62,984 nucleotides of DNA from an uncultured bacterium (GCA_903861715.1 CAIOVI010000052.1:1-62984), one strand, 5' to 3'. Positions 8,935 through 18,442 are shown, counted from the first letter of the stretch. Numbers and translations: made by a program. The notes: generated by a model from the sequence alone, not told the origin.

Positions 8935-10332
8935 CTATTTGAGATTTTTCACCGCCTCCCGAAATTTATCCCCGCGGTCAAATTCATTGGAAAAAAGTCC
9001 GAAACTGGCAGCACCGGGCGAAAGCAAAACCACGTCGCCCTTTTCGGCAAACTTTCGGGCAAGTGAAACAGCCTTCTCCATCGAGTCAACAATTTCAATG
9101 TCTGCATAAAAATCCTTGCTGGCATATTTTTTGATTTGAAAAAATATTTTTTCCGTGGCATTGCCTTTCAGCAAAATTACCTGCTTGGTTTTTTCAGAAA
9201 TTTCTTTGCCAAAATTTTCAAAGTCAAGATTCTTGTCAGTGCCACCGGCGATCAACACGATTGGTTGCTCGAAAGCTTGCAAGGCTGAAATAGCTGCCTG
9301 CGGAATGGAAGCGGTGGTGTCGTTGTAAAATTTGACTCCAGCAACCTCGGCCACAAATTCCAAACGATGAAGCGGGCCTTTCAAATTCGGCAAAGCTTTT
9401 TTGATTTCCAAGGGAGCAAGTCCCCATGCAAACACCGCCCCGATAGCTGCCAACACATTGGACAAATTGTGCCGACCAGGAATGGTGATGTCCTTGACTG
9501 CAATCAGTTCGATGATATCGATGCCATTGTTCAGATAAATTTTTTCATCTTCAATAAAAACACTTTTGCTTTTCTTGAGTGGCGCATAGGAAAATTTGAC
9601 CAGCTGGGAAGGCGCCTGGCTGGAAATTTCTTTCAATTTTTCGTCGTCATAGTTGAGCACCAAAAAATCTTGCGGTTTTTGATTGGCAAAAATGTATTTT
9701 TTGTCTTGCAGATATTTTTCCATGGTGCCATAGTAGTTCAAATGATCGGGCATCAAATTTTTGAACACCGCAATTTGAGGGCTAAGTTTGGCCCTGCCTA
9801 AGGCTGAAAGTCGCCAACTGGAAAGTTCGAAAACCACCACGGAATCTTTTTTGAGCGCTGACAGTTTGTCCAGCACGGAAACTTGTCCAATGCCAACTTT
9901 AACCGGATTTTTGCCAGCCGCTTTGAGAATTTCAAAAATCAAAACTGCGGTGGTGGTTTTGCCTTTGGTGCCAGTCACACCGATGATTTTGTTTTTGCAC
10001 AGTTTGAAAAAAAGACTCGAGTCCATTTCTACTGGAATTTTTTTCTCCAGCGCCAATTCCACGTGCTTGTCAGTCCAAGCCACAGCCGGACTCTTGATAA
10101 CCATATCAACATTAGTGAAATCCTCCACCCGATGTTGGCCAAGGACATATTTGATATTTTTGAGGCCCTTTAATTTTTCCAAAGATGGTGCCAGTTTTTC
10201 GCGACTACCCAAATCCGTGACAATCACCTGAGCGCCGCTGTTCACCAAAAATTTAACCACGCCAACTCCGCCACCATGCAGACCCAGTCCTAGGACGGTT
10301 ATTTTTTTGTTCTTAAAAAAAGATAAATCCAT
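8935..10332 (-). CDS. murD: UDP-N-acetylmuramoylalanine--D-glutamate ligase
   Basis: KKITVLGLGLHGGGVGVVKFL, the P-loop GVTGTKGKTTT, and the Mur ligase C-terminal domain. Confidence 0.9.
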   Translation of the reverse strand: MDLSFFKNKKITVLGLGLHGGGVGVVKFLVNSGAQVIVTDLGSREKLAPSLEKLKGLKNIKYVLGQHRVEDFTNVDMVIKSPAVAWTDKHVELALEKKIPVEMDSSLFFKLCKNKIIGVTGTKGKTTTAVLIFEILKAAGKNPVKVGIGQVSVLDKLSALKKDSVVVFELSSWRLSALGRAKLSPQIAVFKNLMPDHLNYYGTMEKYLQDKKYIFANQKPQDFLVLNYDDEKLKEISSQAPSQLVKFSYAPLKKSKSVFIEDEKIYLNNGIDIIELIAVKDITIPGRHNLSNVLAAIGAVFAWGLAPLEIKKALPNLKGPLHRLEFVAEVAGVKFYNDTTASIPQAAISALQAFEQPIVLIAGGTDKNLDFENFGKEISEKTKQVILLKGNATEKIFFQIKKYASKDFYADIEIVDSMEKAVSLARKFAEKGDVVLLSPGAASFGLFSNEFDRGDKFREAVKNLK

Positions 10333-10426
10333 AGATCATTAGTAACTAGCAATCAGTAATTAGTAACTAAAAAAGGCAGAGCTTCATTTCTCTGATTACT
10401 AGTTACTAATTACTGATTACTAAAAT

Positions 10427-12019
10427 TTAGAATTCAAATAAGGATGTCTTCCTGCGTAAAACCTCACCAGCTCGCTGATCGGTGATGACACCATTTTTCA
10501 AAGTTAATCTGCCATTGACGAAAACATATTCAATGCCTTGACTATATTGATAAGGATCTTCAACTGTTGCCAAATCTTGAATTACTTCTGGATCAAAAAC
10601 AAGCACATCGGCAAAATTCCCTTCAGTCAAAATGCCTCTATTACTAAGTCCGAATTTTTGAGCTGGTCTGCCGCTCATCTTGGCAATTGCCTCCTCCCAA
10701 CCAACCACACTACGCTCCCTGACATAGGTAGCGAGCACGCGAGGAAAAGTTCCAAAATTGCGAGGGTGCACCATTTCGCCAGTTTCCTGATGCTGCACGG
10801 AATATCCAGAGCCATTCGAAGAGATGATGGAAAAAGGATTCATCACGCCCTTGTCAACATTTTTTTCGCTGAGCACGTCCATCGTTGTGACCACTTGGCC
10901 ATCGCTTGCAATCAGAATATCCAAAATAACCTCTTCCACTGTTTTGCTTTGAATTCCAGCCAATTCAATCACGCTTTTGCGATTGAGCGTTTTGTCCAAA
11001 GCTGAAATTGAAATATTTATTTTTGAATAGTCAAAATCACTCTGACGCATTTCTTTGAGAACCCGCTTTCTGGTTTCGACGTCTTTCAGCCTCGAAAGCA
11101 TCATTGTTCTGCCGCCTTCAGTGACCCAGTCAGGCAAAATGATGTAAAGCACTGAACCAGTTGCGGTGTAAGGATAAACATCAAAATGCACGTCCAGCCC
11201 ACCCGTTCTGGCAGTTTCAATCAAGTTCAAAGCTTCTTCCATCAGCTTCCAATTTTTTTTGCCCATTGCTTTCAAATGCGAAATTTGCAGGCGAACCCCC
11301 GTTTCACTGGCGATGCGAATTGCTTCTTCAACCGCTCTGAGAAGCTCACTGCCTTCACCTCGAATGTGCGTGGTGTAAACCCCGTCATATTTTTTCACAA
11401 TTTCTGCCAATTCGGCAATTTCTCTTGAGGAAGCCAACTTAGCATGCGTATAAACCAAACCAGTTGAAAAACCCAGGGCGCCTTCTTTCATGGCCGTCGT
11501 CAACATTTTTTTCATGGATTTCATTTCGGCTGGACTAATGTCACGAACTTCATCGCCCACCAAACCTCTTCTCAAAGTGCCATGACCAACCAAGGTTCCG
11601 AAATTTAGAGCCAATTTTTTCTGCTCAACTTCAGCCAAGAACTCTTTCATGCTGAGCCAATTGAAACTAATTTTTTTGATATCAACCCATTTTTGAATGG
11701 AGCGGATGACTTCATGATTGGCCAGTGGGGCCAGCGAAGAGCCACAGTTTCCACCAATGATGGTTGTCACCCCCTGATAAAGCAAACTTTCCAAAGTCGG
11801 ATCAAGAAAAATTCGCCAATAAGTGTCCGAATGATTGTTCACATCAACAAAGCCAGGGGTGATATATTTTCCAGCCGCATTGATTTCAATTTTTGCCCGC
11901 TCATTGTGCAAATCTCCGATGAAAGCAATTCTGTCATCTTGAATTGCCAAATCTGCCACAAATTTCTTCTTGCCTGTGCCATCAATAACAGTTCCGTTTT
12001 TGATGATGATATCGTACAT
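10427..12019 (-). CDS. N-acyl-D-amino-acid deacylase (D-aminoacylase, amidohydrolase superfamily)
   Basis: MYDIIIKNGTVIDGTGKKKFVADLAIQDDRIAFIGDL...GFVDVNNHSD is typical of the D-aminoacylase N-terminus and metal site. Confidence 0.8.
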   Translation of the reverse strand: MYDIIIKNGTVIDGTGKKKFVADLAIQDDRIAFIGDLHNERAKIEINAAGKYITPGFVDVNNHSDTYWRIFLDPTLESLLYQGVTTIIGGNCGSSLAPLANHEVIRSIQKWVDIKKISFNWLSMKEFLAEVEQKKLALNFGTLVGHGTLRRGLVGDEVRDISPAEMKSMKKMLTTAMKEGALGFSTGLVYTHAKLASSREIAELAEIVKKYDGVYTTHIRGEGSELLRAVEEAIRIASETGVRLQISHLKAMGKKNWKLMEEALNLIETARTGGLDVHFDVYPYTATGSVLYIILPDWVTEGGRTMMLSRLKDVETRKRVLKEMRQSDFDYSKINISISALDKTLNRKSVIELAGIQSKTVEEVILDILIASDGQVVTTMDVLSEKNVDKGVMNPFSIISSNGSGYSVQHQETGEMVHPRNFGTFPRVLATYVRERSVVGWEEAIAKMSGRPAQKFGLSNRGILTEGNFADVLVFDPEVIQDLATVEDPYQYSQGIEYVFVNGRLTLKNGVITDQRAGEVLRRKTSLFEF

Positions 12020-12102
12020 TTTACCCTGTTAAATAAGTTGTGAATTTTCCAGGAAAAGACAAACTTATTTTTTTATTTTTTTATTAGCTATGCCACCTTG
12101 CC

Positions 12103-12211
12103 CCAATATACTGAATTAACTTAATCAGTGCTACTTCACGCAAAGGGACTAAGTCCCCAATAGGGGACTTAGTCCCTTACAAGGTGAAATGAATTAAGTT
12201 AAGTTGGTATA
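12103..12211. repeat. Long composite hairpin element
   Basis: The core is agggactaagtcccc-aata-ggggacttagtccct (12144-12177). It is flanked by the complementary words ttaacttaat/attaagttaa. Confidence 0.8.
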
Positions 12212-12385
12212 AGATGCTGATTTTTACAATTTTGTTTTGATTAAATTGTTTAGTAAAATCAGCGAGATAAGTTTTTTATTTGTGCCTAAATTATACTCCT
12301 CTTCCCCGCTCAAGGCAAACTATTTTAATTTTCAAAAACCCACAAAAATTGCGAGCTTAAATAAAAGGGTATCTTTTTATATTCC

Positions 12386-12454
12386 GTCATCGCGATCCAC
12401 TCATGACCAAGTTTGGCTCTGGATTGCTTCGGACGATTACATCCTCGCAAAGAC
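12386..12454 (+). repeat. 94-bp palindromic element, truncated copy 4
   Basis: gtcatcgcgatcc...ctggattgcttcggacgattacatcctcgcaaagac. About 25 internal bases are missing. Confidence 0.75.
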
Positions 12455-12589
12455 GAATCTTTGTCTGAATTTGTTTGGTTATTGTATCTTGCCTGCCTGT
12501 CCGGCCTGCCTGTCCGGTAGGCAGGTAGGCAGGCAGGTCTCTTGTATCTTTTGCTGTGTCTATGTGTTCCATGTTCCATGCTTCATAAC

Positions 12590-13273
12590 CTAAATCCAAC
12601 CCTTTACTTCCAGACCAATTCTGGCTGCTTCACGTTGCGCCTCTTGTTTGGAATTTCCTTCACCCTCGGCCACCAGCTCGCTGCCCAAAAATACGCCCAC
12701 CACGAAGTGTTTGTCATGATCAGGGCCCCATTCTTTCATCACCCGATAAGATGGCGTCAGCTTGTTCGTTTCTTGCGCTTTTTCTTGGAAATAACTCTTG
12801 GGATCAAGATAAAGTTTTTTCTCCAAAATTTCTTTCAGGTTGACCACGACTTTCGAAAGCACGAATTCTTTGGCCACGTCATAACCTTGATCAAGATAAA
12901 TCGCTCCAATGATAGCCTCCAAGGCATTGGCCAGCAAATATTGCCGAGCCCTGCCAACATCTTTGGCTTCACCGCGACTCATCATAAGATATTTTTCCAC
13001 CCCAATTTCCTGCGCCACTTTGGCCAGCATCTCGCCATTAACCAGGGCCGAGCGCCAGCTGGTCAGTTCCCCTTCAGGATTGGAAAAATGTCCATAAAGA
13101 TATTGAGTCACAATAAGTTCCAACACAGCGTCGCCCAAAAACTCCAACCTTTCATTGTGGTTGAGCTCATAGCTGCGATTTTCATTGAGATATGACCGAT
13201 GCGTGACCGCTTGCTTGAGCAAGGAAATGTCCTCGAAAGAAACCCCGATTTTTTTGGCCAAAGACTGAACCAT
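12590..13273 (-). CDS. rnc: Ribonuclease III
   Basis: Signature ERLEFLGDAVLELIV plus a C-terminal dsRBD. The ATG at 13273 (MVQSLAKKIG) is preferred, because the longer ORF to 13324 runs through the ggattttggatttt repeat words. Confidence 0.9.
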   Translation of the reverse strand: MVQSLAKKIGVSFEDISLLKQAVTHRSYLNENRSYELNHNERLEFLGDAVLELIVTQYLYGHFSNPEGELTSWRSALVNGEMLAKVAQEIGVEKYLMMSRGEAKDVGRARQYLLANALEAIIGAIYLDQGYDVAKEFVLSKVVVNLKEILEKKLYLDPKSYFQEKAQETNKLTPSYRVMKEWGPDHDKHFVVGVFLGSELVAEGEGNSKQEAQREAARIGLEVKGWI

Positions 13274-13424
13274 ACGTTTTGAAAATCCAAAATCCAAATT
13301 CGCCAGCTGGCGAACTAATGACAAACAAAATCAAAAGCTCAAAATCCAAAAATTTTTCTTTTTGAATTTTGAAATTTAGTCATTTATTAGACATTGGACA
13401 TTTGGAATTGAGATTTTAAAAGAC

Positions 13425-13934
13425 TTAATTATTTTCCTCAACTACTTTCTCTTCCTTAACTTCAGCAGCAGCAACTTTCTCCTTATCTTTCTTGCTTGTG
13501 TCGTCTTTCATTGGTTCGCCCATTTCGCGATAGATGGTTCCAAGGACGCCGTTGACAAAGCGCGCACTGCTGTCACCGCCAAAAGCCTTGGCCAATTCAA
13601 TCGATTCATTGATGGCAACCTTGGGTGGAACTTCGTCATAATTTCCATGCATCAATTCAAAAATCCCCAAACGCAAAATGTTGCGATCAATAATGGTCAC
13701 TTGATCCAAAGGCCATTCTGGAGCGCATTTCTCAATGAGCGCATCAATGGTGGAGCGATTTTTGAGCGCACCTGCAACCAAGGCTTGCGTGAATTCGCAA
13801 TGTTCCATGCCTGGTGCAAATTCAGCCACGTTGTGTGTGATAATTTCTTCGATCTTTTCATCATGACGACCTTGAAAATCCCATTCAAAAAGAACTTGCA
13901 TTGCCACCGAGCGTTGAAGATGTCTATTCGCCAT
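13425..13934 (-). CDS. nusB: Transcription antitermination factor NusB
   Basis: [17 protein letters not shown]...[12 protein letters not shown], with a K/E-rich C-terminal tail. Confidence 0.9.
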   Translation of the reverse strand: MANRHLQRSVAMQVLFEWDFQGRHDEKIEEIITHNVAEFAPGMEHCEFTQALVAGALKNRSTIDALIEKCAPEWPLDQVTIIDRNILRLGIFELMHGNYDEVPPKVAINESIELAKAFGGDSSARFVNGVLGTIYREMGEPMKDDTSKKDKEKVAAAEVKEEKVVEENN

Positions 13935-14182
13935 GTTTGTTCCAGCCCTTTTATTTGTTTACAGATACAAAACCAACTTCAAAGTTAACATCTATAGCAA
14001 ATAAAAAAACCTGATTATTCTTTTGAAAAGGGCTGGACTACAAACATGAGCGTCCCGCACCAATTCTTTCAAAAATTTTATTTTTATTTAAAACAAAGCC
14101 GAAGGCGATTCCCGCACATAAAAATTCAAAATAACACTAACTGAGATTCGGAATTTGGTGCTGGGGCGCCATCACAATATTC

Positions 14183-14380
14183 TTATTTCTTTTTTGAAAC
14201 TTTTTTTAACGTATCAATAACCTCCTTGCCCTTGTAGGTTCCACAAGTTTGGCAAACTCGGTGAGCAAGCTTGGCGCCTCCACATTTTGGGCAAGTTTGA
14301 GTCGCAATTGGTGCAATCGCAAAGCGATCGCGCTTGGCATCTCGACGTTGTTTAGTGTGTCGTTGTTTTGGTACTGACAT
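14183..14380 (-). CDS. rpmF: 50S ribosomal protein L32
   Basis: MSVPKQRHTKQRRDAKR...CPKCGGAKLAHRVCQTCGTY. Confidence 0.9.
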   Translation of the reverse strand: MSVPKQRHTKQRRDAKRDRFAIAPIATQTCPKCGGAKLAHRVCQTCGTYKGKEVIDTLKKVSKKK

Positions 14381-14547
14381 AAAATTATATTGCTAAATTG
14401 TTACATTGTTAGATGGTCAATAGCCTATTTCCACATCCTGACTTTCTCCCATATAATCAATGACTAGCTTAACACGGATTTTTATTTCTAGCAAGCCCCA
14501 ATCATCGCCTATTTTAAGCGACGATATAAGCTTAATTACTACTAGCG

Positions 14548-15357
14548 TCAACCAACTTTGAATTCTTCATACCATGGTTGTTTTTCAATCTCTGAAGCTA
14601 AAAAACTTTGCAAATAAGAATTTTCTTCTTCTTTCGGCCTAACTAAAAACATTCTCCTGCTATCATTTTCAAAATAAACTTCTGCCGGATAATTAGCTCT
14701 ATAGATAGGCCCCGAAATAACAACAGGATTAAATCCCATCTCTTCTCTGCAAATTTTCCCCAAAAGAACAATACTTTCAAGATACTCCTTAGGAAACCAT
14801 CTTTTACCACCAAAGATAACAAAGTCCCTGGTTCCTTCTTCGGTTAAAGTTACGAGTTTTTTTATAGATTGACGCATGTCTTCGTTAAACTGAGCAGGAT
14901 TATTCAATATATATTTAAAATCCTGATGACTGAGGCTTGAAATATTTTTACCCTCCTTGTTACTGCCAACCATTATTGTGCCGACACAACTTTTATAGTT
15001 AAGCGACCACTTATCACGACTATCGCAATCAGAAATAACATAAGACTTCTTCTCAGGATTTATCATCCCGCTACTTCTTAATTCCTCTGGTTCTCCATAA
15101 TAGTTGATTTCAATTCCTTCTTGCATTATTTTTACCATATTTATTGCTGCATGCTTGGAATCTTTGTTCTTAGCAAACTCAACGTAATCTTTCGCACTTA
15201 AAACAGAAGCCTTTATTGGGGCCACTCCCTCTTTCAAATGTTCACTCCTTAAAGTATTCAAGGTTTCACTGATTGGTGTAATTTTTTTGATTTTTTCTGT
15301 TGCCAATTGTTCTAGTGCTGGTTGAATATTCTTTTTTTCAAATTTAGGCTCAAACAT
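14548..15357 (-). CDS. Hypothetical protein (269 aa)
   Basis: A long ORF with normal composition and no recognised motif. Confidence 0.5.
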   Translation of the reverse strand: MFEPKFEKKNIQPALEQLATEKIKKITPISETLNTLRSEHLKEGVAPIKASVLSAKDYVEFAKNKDSKHAAINMVKIMQEGIEINYYGEPEELRSSGMINPEKKSYVISDCDSRDKWSLNYKSCVGTIMVGSNKEGKNISSLSHQDFKYILNNPAQFNEDMRQSIKKLVTLTEEGTRDFVIFGGKRWFPKEYLESIVLLGKICREEMGFNPVVISGPIYRANYPAEVYFENDSRRMFLVRPKEEENSYLQSFLASEIEKQPWYEEFKVG

Positions 15358-15405
15358 AGACTAATTATATTTATAAATTCTAAAATTAAAAATAAATTAT
15401 ATTAA

Positions 15406-16245
15406 CTAGTAATTTTTCAATGCTCGCTTGACTGGTCCAAAAGATTTGCGGTGAATTGGGCAAGGTCCGTGCTCAAGCAAAGCCTGCATATGAACCTTTG
15501 TGCCATAACCCATGTGTTTTTCCAGTCCATATTGCGGATACAAAAGCGCAAACTCTTTCATCATCCGGTCCCGCGTCACTTTAGCCACAATTGAAGCAGC
15601 TGAAATTGATTTGACCAATTTGTCACCCCCAATCACTGCGTATTGCTCCATTGAAAGATTTGGAATTGTTTTGTTCCCATCAACTAGAATTATATAATGT
15701 GGAACATGGAGCATGGAGCATGAAGCATCACTTATAGTATTTTCGTCATCGCGAGTATTTCTGTACTCAGAAATGCGTGGCGATCCAGAACTGAGCATCG
15801 TCCTGGATTGCTTCGAGCGATTACACTCTCGCAAAGACAATTCATTTTTTGCAATTTCTATTTTATGTTCCATGTTTTCTGCTTCATGTTCCATGTTTCG
15901 GTTGAGTTCCGAAACCGCTTTTTTCATTGCCAAAAAACTGGCTTCCAAAATGTTGATGCGGTCAATTGTTTCATGGTCGCAAAGTCCCAGGCCAAGATAA
16001 AAATGCTCACCAATGAAATCAAAAATTTCTTCCCGTTGTTTTTCGGAAAGTTTTTTGGAATCTCTGATCAGATCAAATTGCTTTTGCAAATTTTCCGGAA
16101 TTTCAAAATTCGGATCTTTGCACATCGCCGCACACGCCACCACCGGTCCGCAAAGCGGCCCACGACCAACCTCGTCAGTGCCAATGACATGCGTGAAGCC
16201 CTGACTGGCAAAATCTTTTTCCAAAATAAAAGTTGAAGTTTCCAT
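15406..16245 (-). CDS. rnhB: Ribonuclease HII with a ~66-aa repeat-derived insert
   Basis: GTDEVGRGPLCGPVVACA...INILEASFLAMKKAV...ILVDGN...SIVAKVTRD. It is ~279 aa, against my recollection of ~200 aa for RNase HII. Confidence 0.9.
   Translation of the reverse strand: METSTFILEKDFASQGFTHVIGTDEVGRGPLCGPVVACAAMCKDPNFEIPENLQKQFDLIRDSKKLSEKQREEIFDFIGEHFYLGLGLCDHETIDRINILEASFLAMKKAVSELNRNMEHEAENMEHKIEIAKNELSLRECNRSKQSRTMLSSGSPRISEYRNTRDDENTISDASCSMLHVPHYIILVDGNKTIPNLSMEQYAVIGGDKLVKSISAASIVAKVTRDRMMKEFALLYPQYGLEKHMGYGTKVHMQALLEHGPCPIHRKSFGPVKRALKNY
15745..15838 (+). repeat. 94-bp palindromic element, copy 2 (inside the rnhB CDS)
   Basis: gtcatcgcgagtatttctgtactcagaaatgcgtggcgatccag...ctggattgcttcgagcgattacactctcgcaaagac. 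It is flanked by inverted ggaacatgga/tccatgttcc words. Confidence 0.85.
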
Positions 16246-16286
16246 ATAAACTCAGTATAGGGTATTTTTGAGAAAATTAGAAATGG

Positions 16287-16314
16287 TTGCATTTTTGCTT
16301 GCTTTTTGTATAAT
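16287..16314 (+). promoter_or_regulatory. Promoter giving a near-leaderless MNT transcript
   Basis: TTGCAT (16287-16292), 16 nt spacer, and an extended -10 TGTATAAT (16307-16314). The ATG at 16321 is 7 nt downstream. Confidence 0.5.
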
Positions 16315-16320
16315 ATAATT

Positions 16321-16695
16321 ATGGGTAAATATGAAAAAGAAATTTCAATCATCAAAGATCAGATTGTGAAAGAATTTGCACCGGAAAAAATTATTCTTTT
16401 CGGTTCTTATGCTTGGGGAAAGCCAACTGATGATAGTGATGTGGATTTTTTGATTGTGCAAAACAGCAATCAAAAAAGAACTGAGCGCCAAAAAGCTTTA
16501 CAAGAAAAACTAGCAAAAAATGCAGTGCCAATGGATTTACTTGTCTATACACCAGTGGAAATTGAAAATAGCATCAATAAAAATCAAAATCTTTTTCTGG
16601 AAGATATCCTCAGAAACGGTAAGGCAATTTATGAAAACCCAAGCAGCAAACTTTCGATTAAGCTTCCTGAGCGTGAGTTAATTGTTTTGCAATAA
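16321..16695 (+). CDS. Minimal nucleotidyltransferase (MNT) of a HEPN/MNT toxin-antitoxin-type pair
   Basis: LFGSYAWGKPTDDSDVDFLIV is the G[SG]-x9-13-DxD polymerase-beta-like NTase motif. Confidence 0.8.
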   Translation: MGKYEKEISIIKDQIVKEFAPEKIILFGSYAWGKPTDDSDVDFLIVQNSNQKRTERQKALQEKLAKNAVPMDLLVYTPVEIENSINKNQNLFLEDILRNGKAIYENPSSKLSIKLPERELIVLQ

Positions 16696-16699
16696 AAAT

Positions 16700-17083
16700 A
16701 TGCCTACCGAATATGTCAAAAATTGGTTTTTGCGAGCAGACTAAGATCTAGCCGTTATTGAAGCGATTATCAATGAAGATAATATTTCACCAAATTCCAT
16801 TTGTTTCCATGCGCAACAAGCAGGCGAAAAATATTTGAAAGGTTTTTTGGCTCACCACGCTTTACACGTCAGAAAAATTCATAGTCTTAAAACACTCATC
16901 ATCGAATGCATTAATATTGACCAGGACTTTAAGGAATTGCTTGAGAGTGCTAGCACCTTGGATCAATTTTACATTGAATCTCGCTACCCCGATGACTATG
17001 TTGAATTTTCTCTCGCTCAAGCAAGGGAGGGGTATGTGGAAGCCAAGAAAATAAAAGAGTTGATTTTATTAAAAGTATTATAA
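16700..17083 (+). pseudogene. HEPN domain protein interrupted by an in-frame TAA (16742-16744)
   Basis: ATG at 16700: MPTEYVKNWFLRAD*DLAVIEAII...HAQQAGEKYLKGFLA...IESRYPDDY. The reading frame is the same on both sides of the stop. Confidence 0.7.
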
Positions 17084-17115
17084 AAAAACCGACATCAAAA
17101 ATGTCGGTTTTTTTG
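17083..17115. terminator. Bidirectional Rho-independent terminator
   Basis: aaaaaaaccgacat-caaaa-atgtcggttttttt. Confidence 0.8.
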
Positions 17116-17487
17116 TTGCCAAAATTTTAGTCAAAAAATCGCAATTGCGACGAATTGACCAATGCTGTGGCAAAAAAGCCGACCAGTAACATTGCAACCA
17201 GATGCATATGACTCAATTTGCAATGTTTAGTAAAACTTATCTTTCAGCCGCAAATTTCAAAAACGATTTTGGCTTATTTTAGGTATTTTTCGGCGTTTTT
17301 GGGGGCAAAAACTTGACAAAAGTTCTAAAGTGTGCAATGCTCAAGTTTAAGTTTCTTGACAATTAATTTGTTTGACGCTCTGCTTTTTGCTGACCGTATT
17401 TTCATTGAAACGAAATTCGCTCCCGTGAAAATGCGGTCATGGTGATCGCAGGCATGCAAACAAACAATAAAACATAGTGAGGTAGTT

Positions 17488-17883
17488 ATGAACAGTGAAT
17501 ACAGGAACACAGTACGGGAAGTTGAGCGCGAAGGCTACTGGACGCTTGGCAGAACTATACCAGTAATTCTTTTGTTTTTGGTTATGTCTTATGGACTTGG
17601 ATTTCTGGCCACCGGTGGTGACCTTGCAATTTACAGGTTCTGGGCACCAAAACAAGAAGCTGCACGCAGAGAAGTCTTCGAACAAACGAAGGCCTATCGG
17701 CAAGGCATGGTTCAGGAATTGCAGAATATGCAGTTTCAGTATGTGCAAGCAGATCCTGCCGGCAAAGCCGCCTTGGCGTCAATTATCCTTCATCGTGCCG
17801 CTGATTTTCCAGAAGATGCCATGACACCAGATTTGAGGTCTTTCATCGATGAACTGAAGCGTGAGCAAACAATGTCACGATAA
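17488..17883 (+). CDS. Hypothetical membrane-anchored protein (islet gene 1)
   Basis: RBS gaggt. There is an N-terminal TM segment (TIPVILLFLVMSYGLGFLA) followed by a helical soluble part. Confidence 0.6.
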   Translation: MNSEYRNTVREVEREGYWTLGRTIPVILLFLVMSYGLGFLATGGDLAIYRFWAPKQEAARREVFEQTKAYRQGMVQELQNMQFQYVQADPAGKAALASIILHRAADFPEDAMTPDLRSFIDELKREQTMSR

Positions 17884-17914
17884 AAATCAATCTATTATCC
17901 AAAAAGGAGAAGAA

Positions 17915-18442
17915 ATGAAAAGATATTTTTCATGGATGATACCTGTAGCTATCTGTTCAATGTTCCTGCTATCGTCCTGCGCCGTCAAAAAAAGCAGTGA
18001 TGATATTCAAAGAGAGCAACAGGAAAAGATTCTTGAGGAAGGGTCTGCCCAAACTGGAATGCCTGCAATCAAGAACTTCCGGGAAAAGAAAATTCTCAAG
18101 GATATTCTTGAACTTCGTGACCAGGACGGTCTCGTTACATACACGTATATCGTCAGTGAGGTTACAGGCAAACTGATCTTCCTTGGACAAACGATTGGCT
18201 ATGGTATTCCATATGCGACGCAGTACACCAATCCGCAGAAATTGGAATGGAAGTCCAGTCATGGTTATTATAATCTTCCACAGGCTGATCCAAATGGCTT
18301 GTTTGCTCCGGCATCAGCCGAGGGTACATGGGTTCTCATGAAAGATCCTAACGGTACAAAGGTAGTGCCGCTTTATATCGAACCAAGGATCGTCGTGTCG
18401 CCGTTCAAGCTGCCAAACAGCTTGCTGCAAAATCCGCAGTAA
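17915..18442 (+). CDS. Putative lipoprotein (islet gene 2)
   Basis: RBS aaaggaga, then a signal peptide and lipobox LLSSC. It is a paralog of 18521-19081. Confidence 0.7.
   Translation: MKRYFSWMIPVAICSMFLLSSCAVKKSSDDIQREQQEKILEEGSAQTGMPAIKNFREKKILKDILELRDQDGLVTYTYIVSEVTGKLIFLGQTIGYGIPYATQYTNPQKLEWKSSHGYYNLPQADPNGLFAPASAEGTWVLMKDPNGTKVVPLYIEPRIVVSPFKLPNSLLQNPQ

Noticed and set aside
12237-12599. ORFs on both strands in the D-aminoacylase/rnc intergenic region (12237-12593, 12325-12579, 12387-12599).
   Set aside because: The region is built from repeat words: the truncated 94-bp element, ctgcctgtccgg/caggtaggcagg hairpins and ggaacatgg words. Its translations match repeat-derived peptides seen elsewhere.
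16742-16744. TAA in the HEPN gene as a recoded sense codon (alternative genetic code).
   Set aside because: TAA terminates many well-supported genes in this window at the expected protein ends, for example Fic, thrS, obg and efp. Recoding is therefore unlikely, and a nonsense mutation or sequencing error is the simpler explanation.
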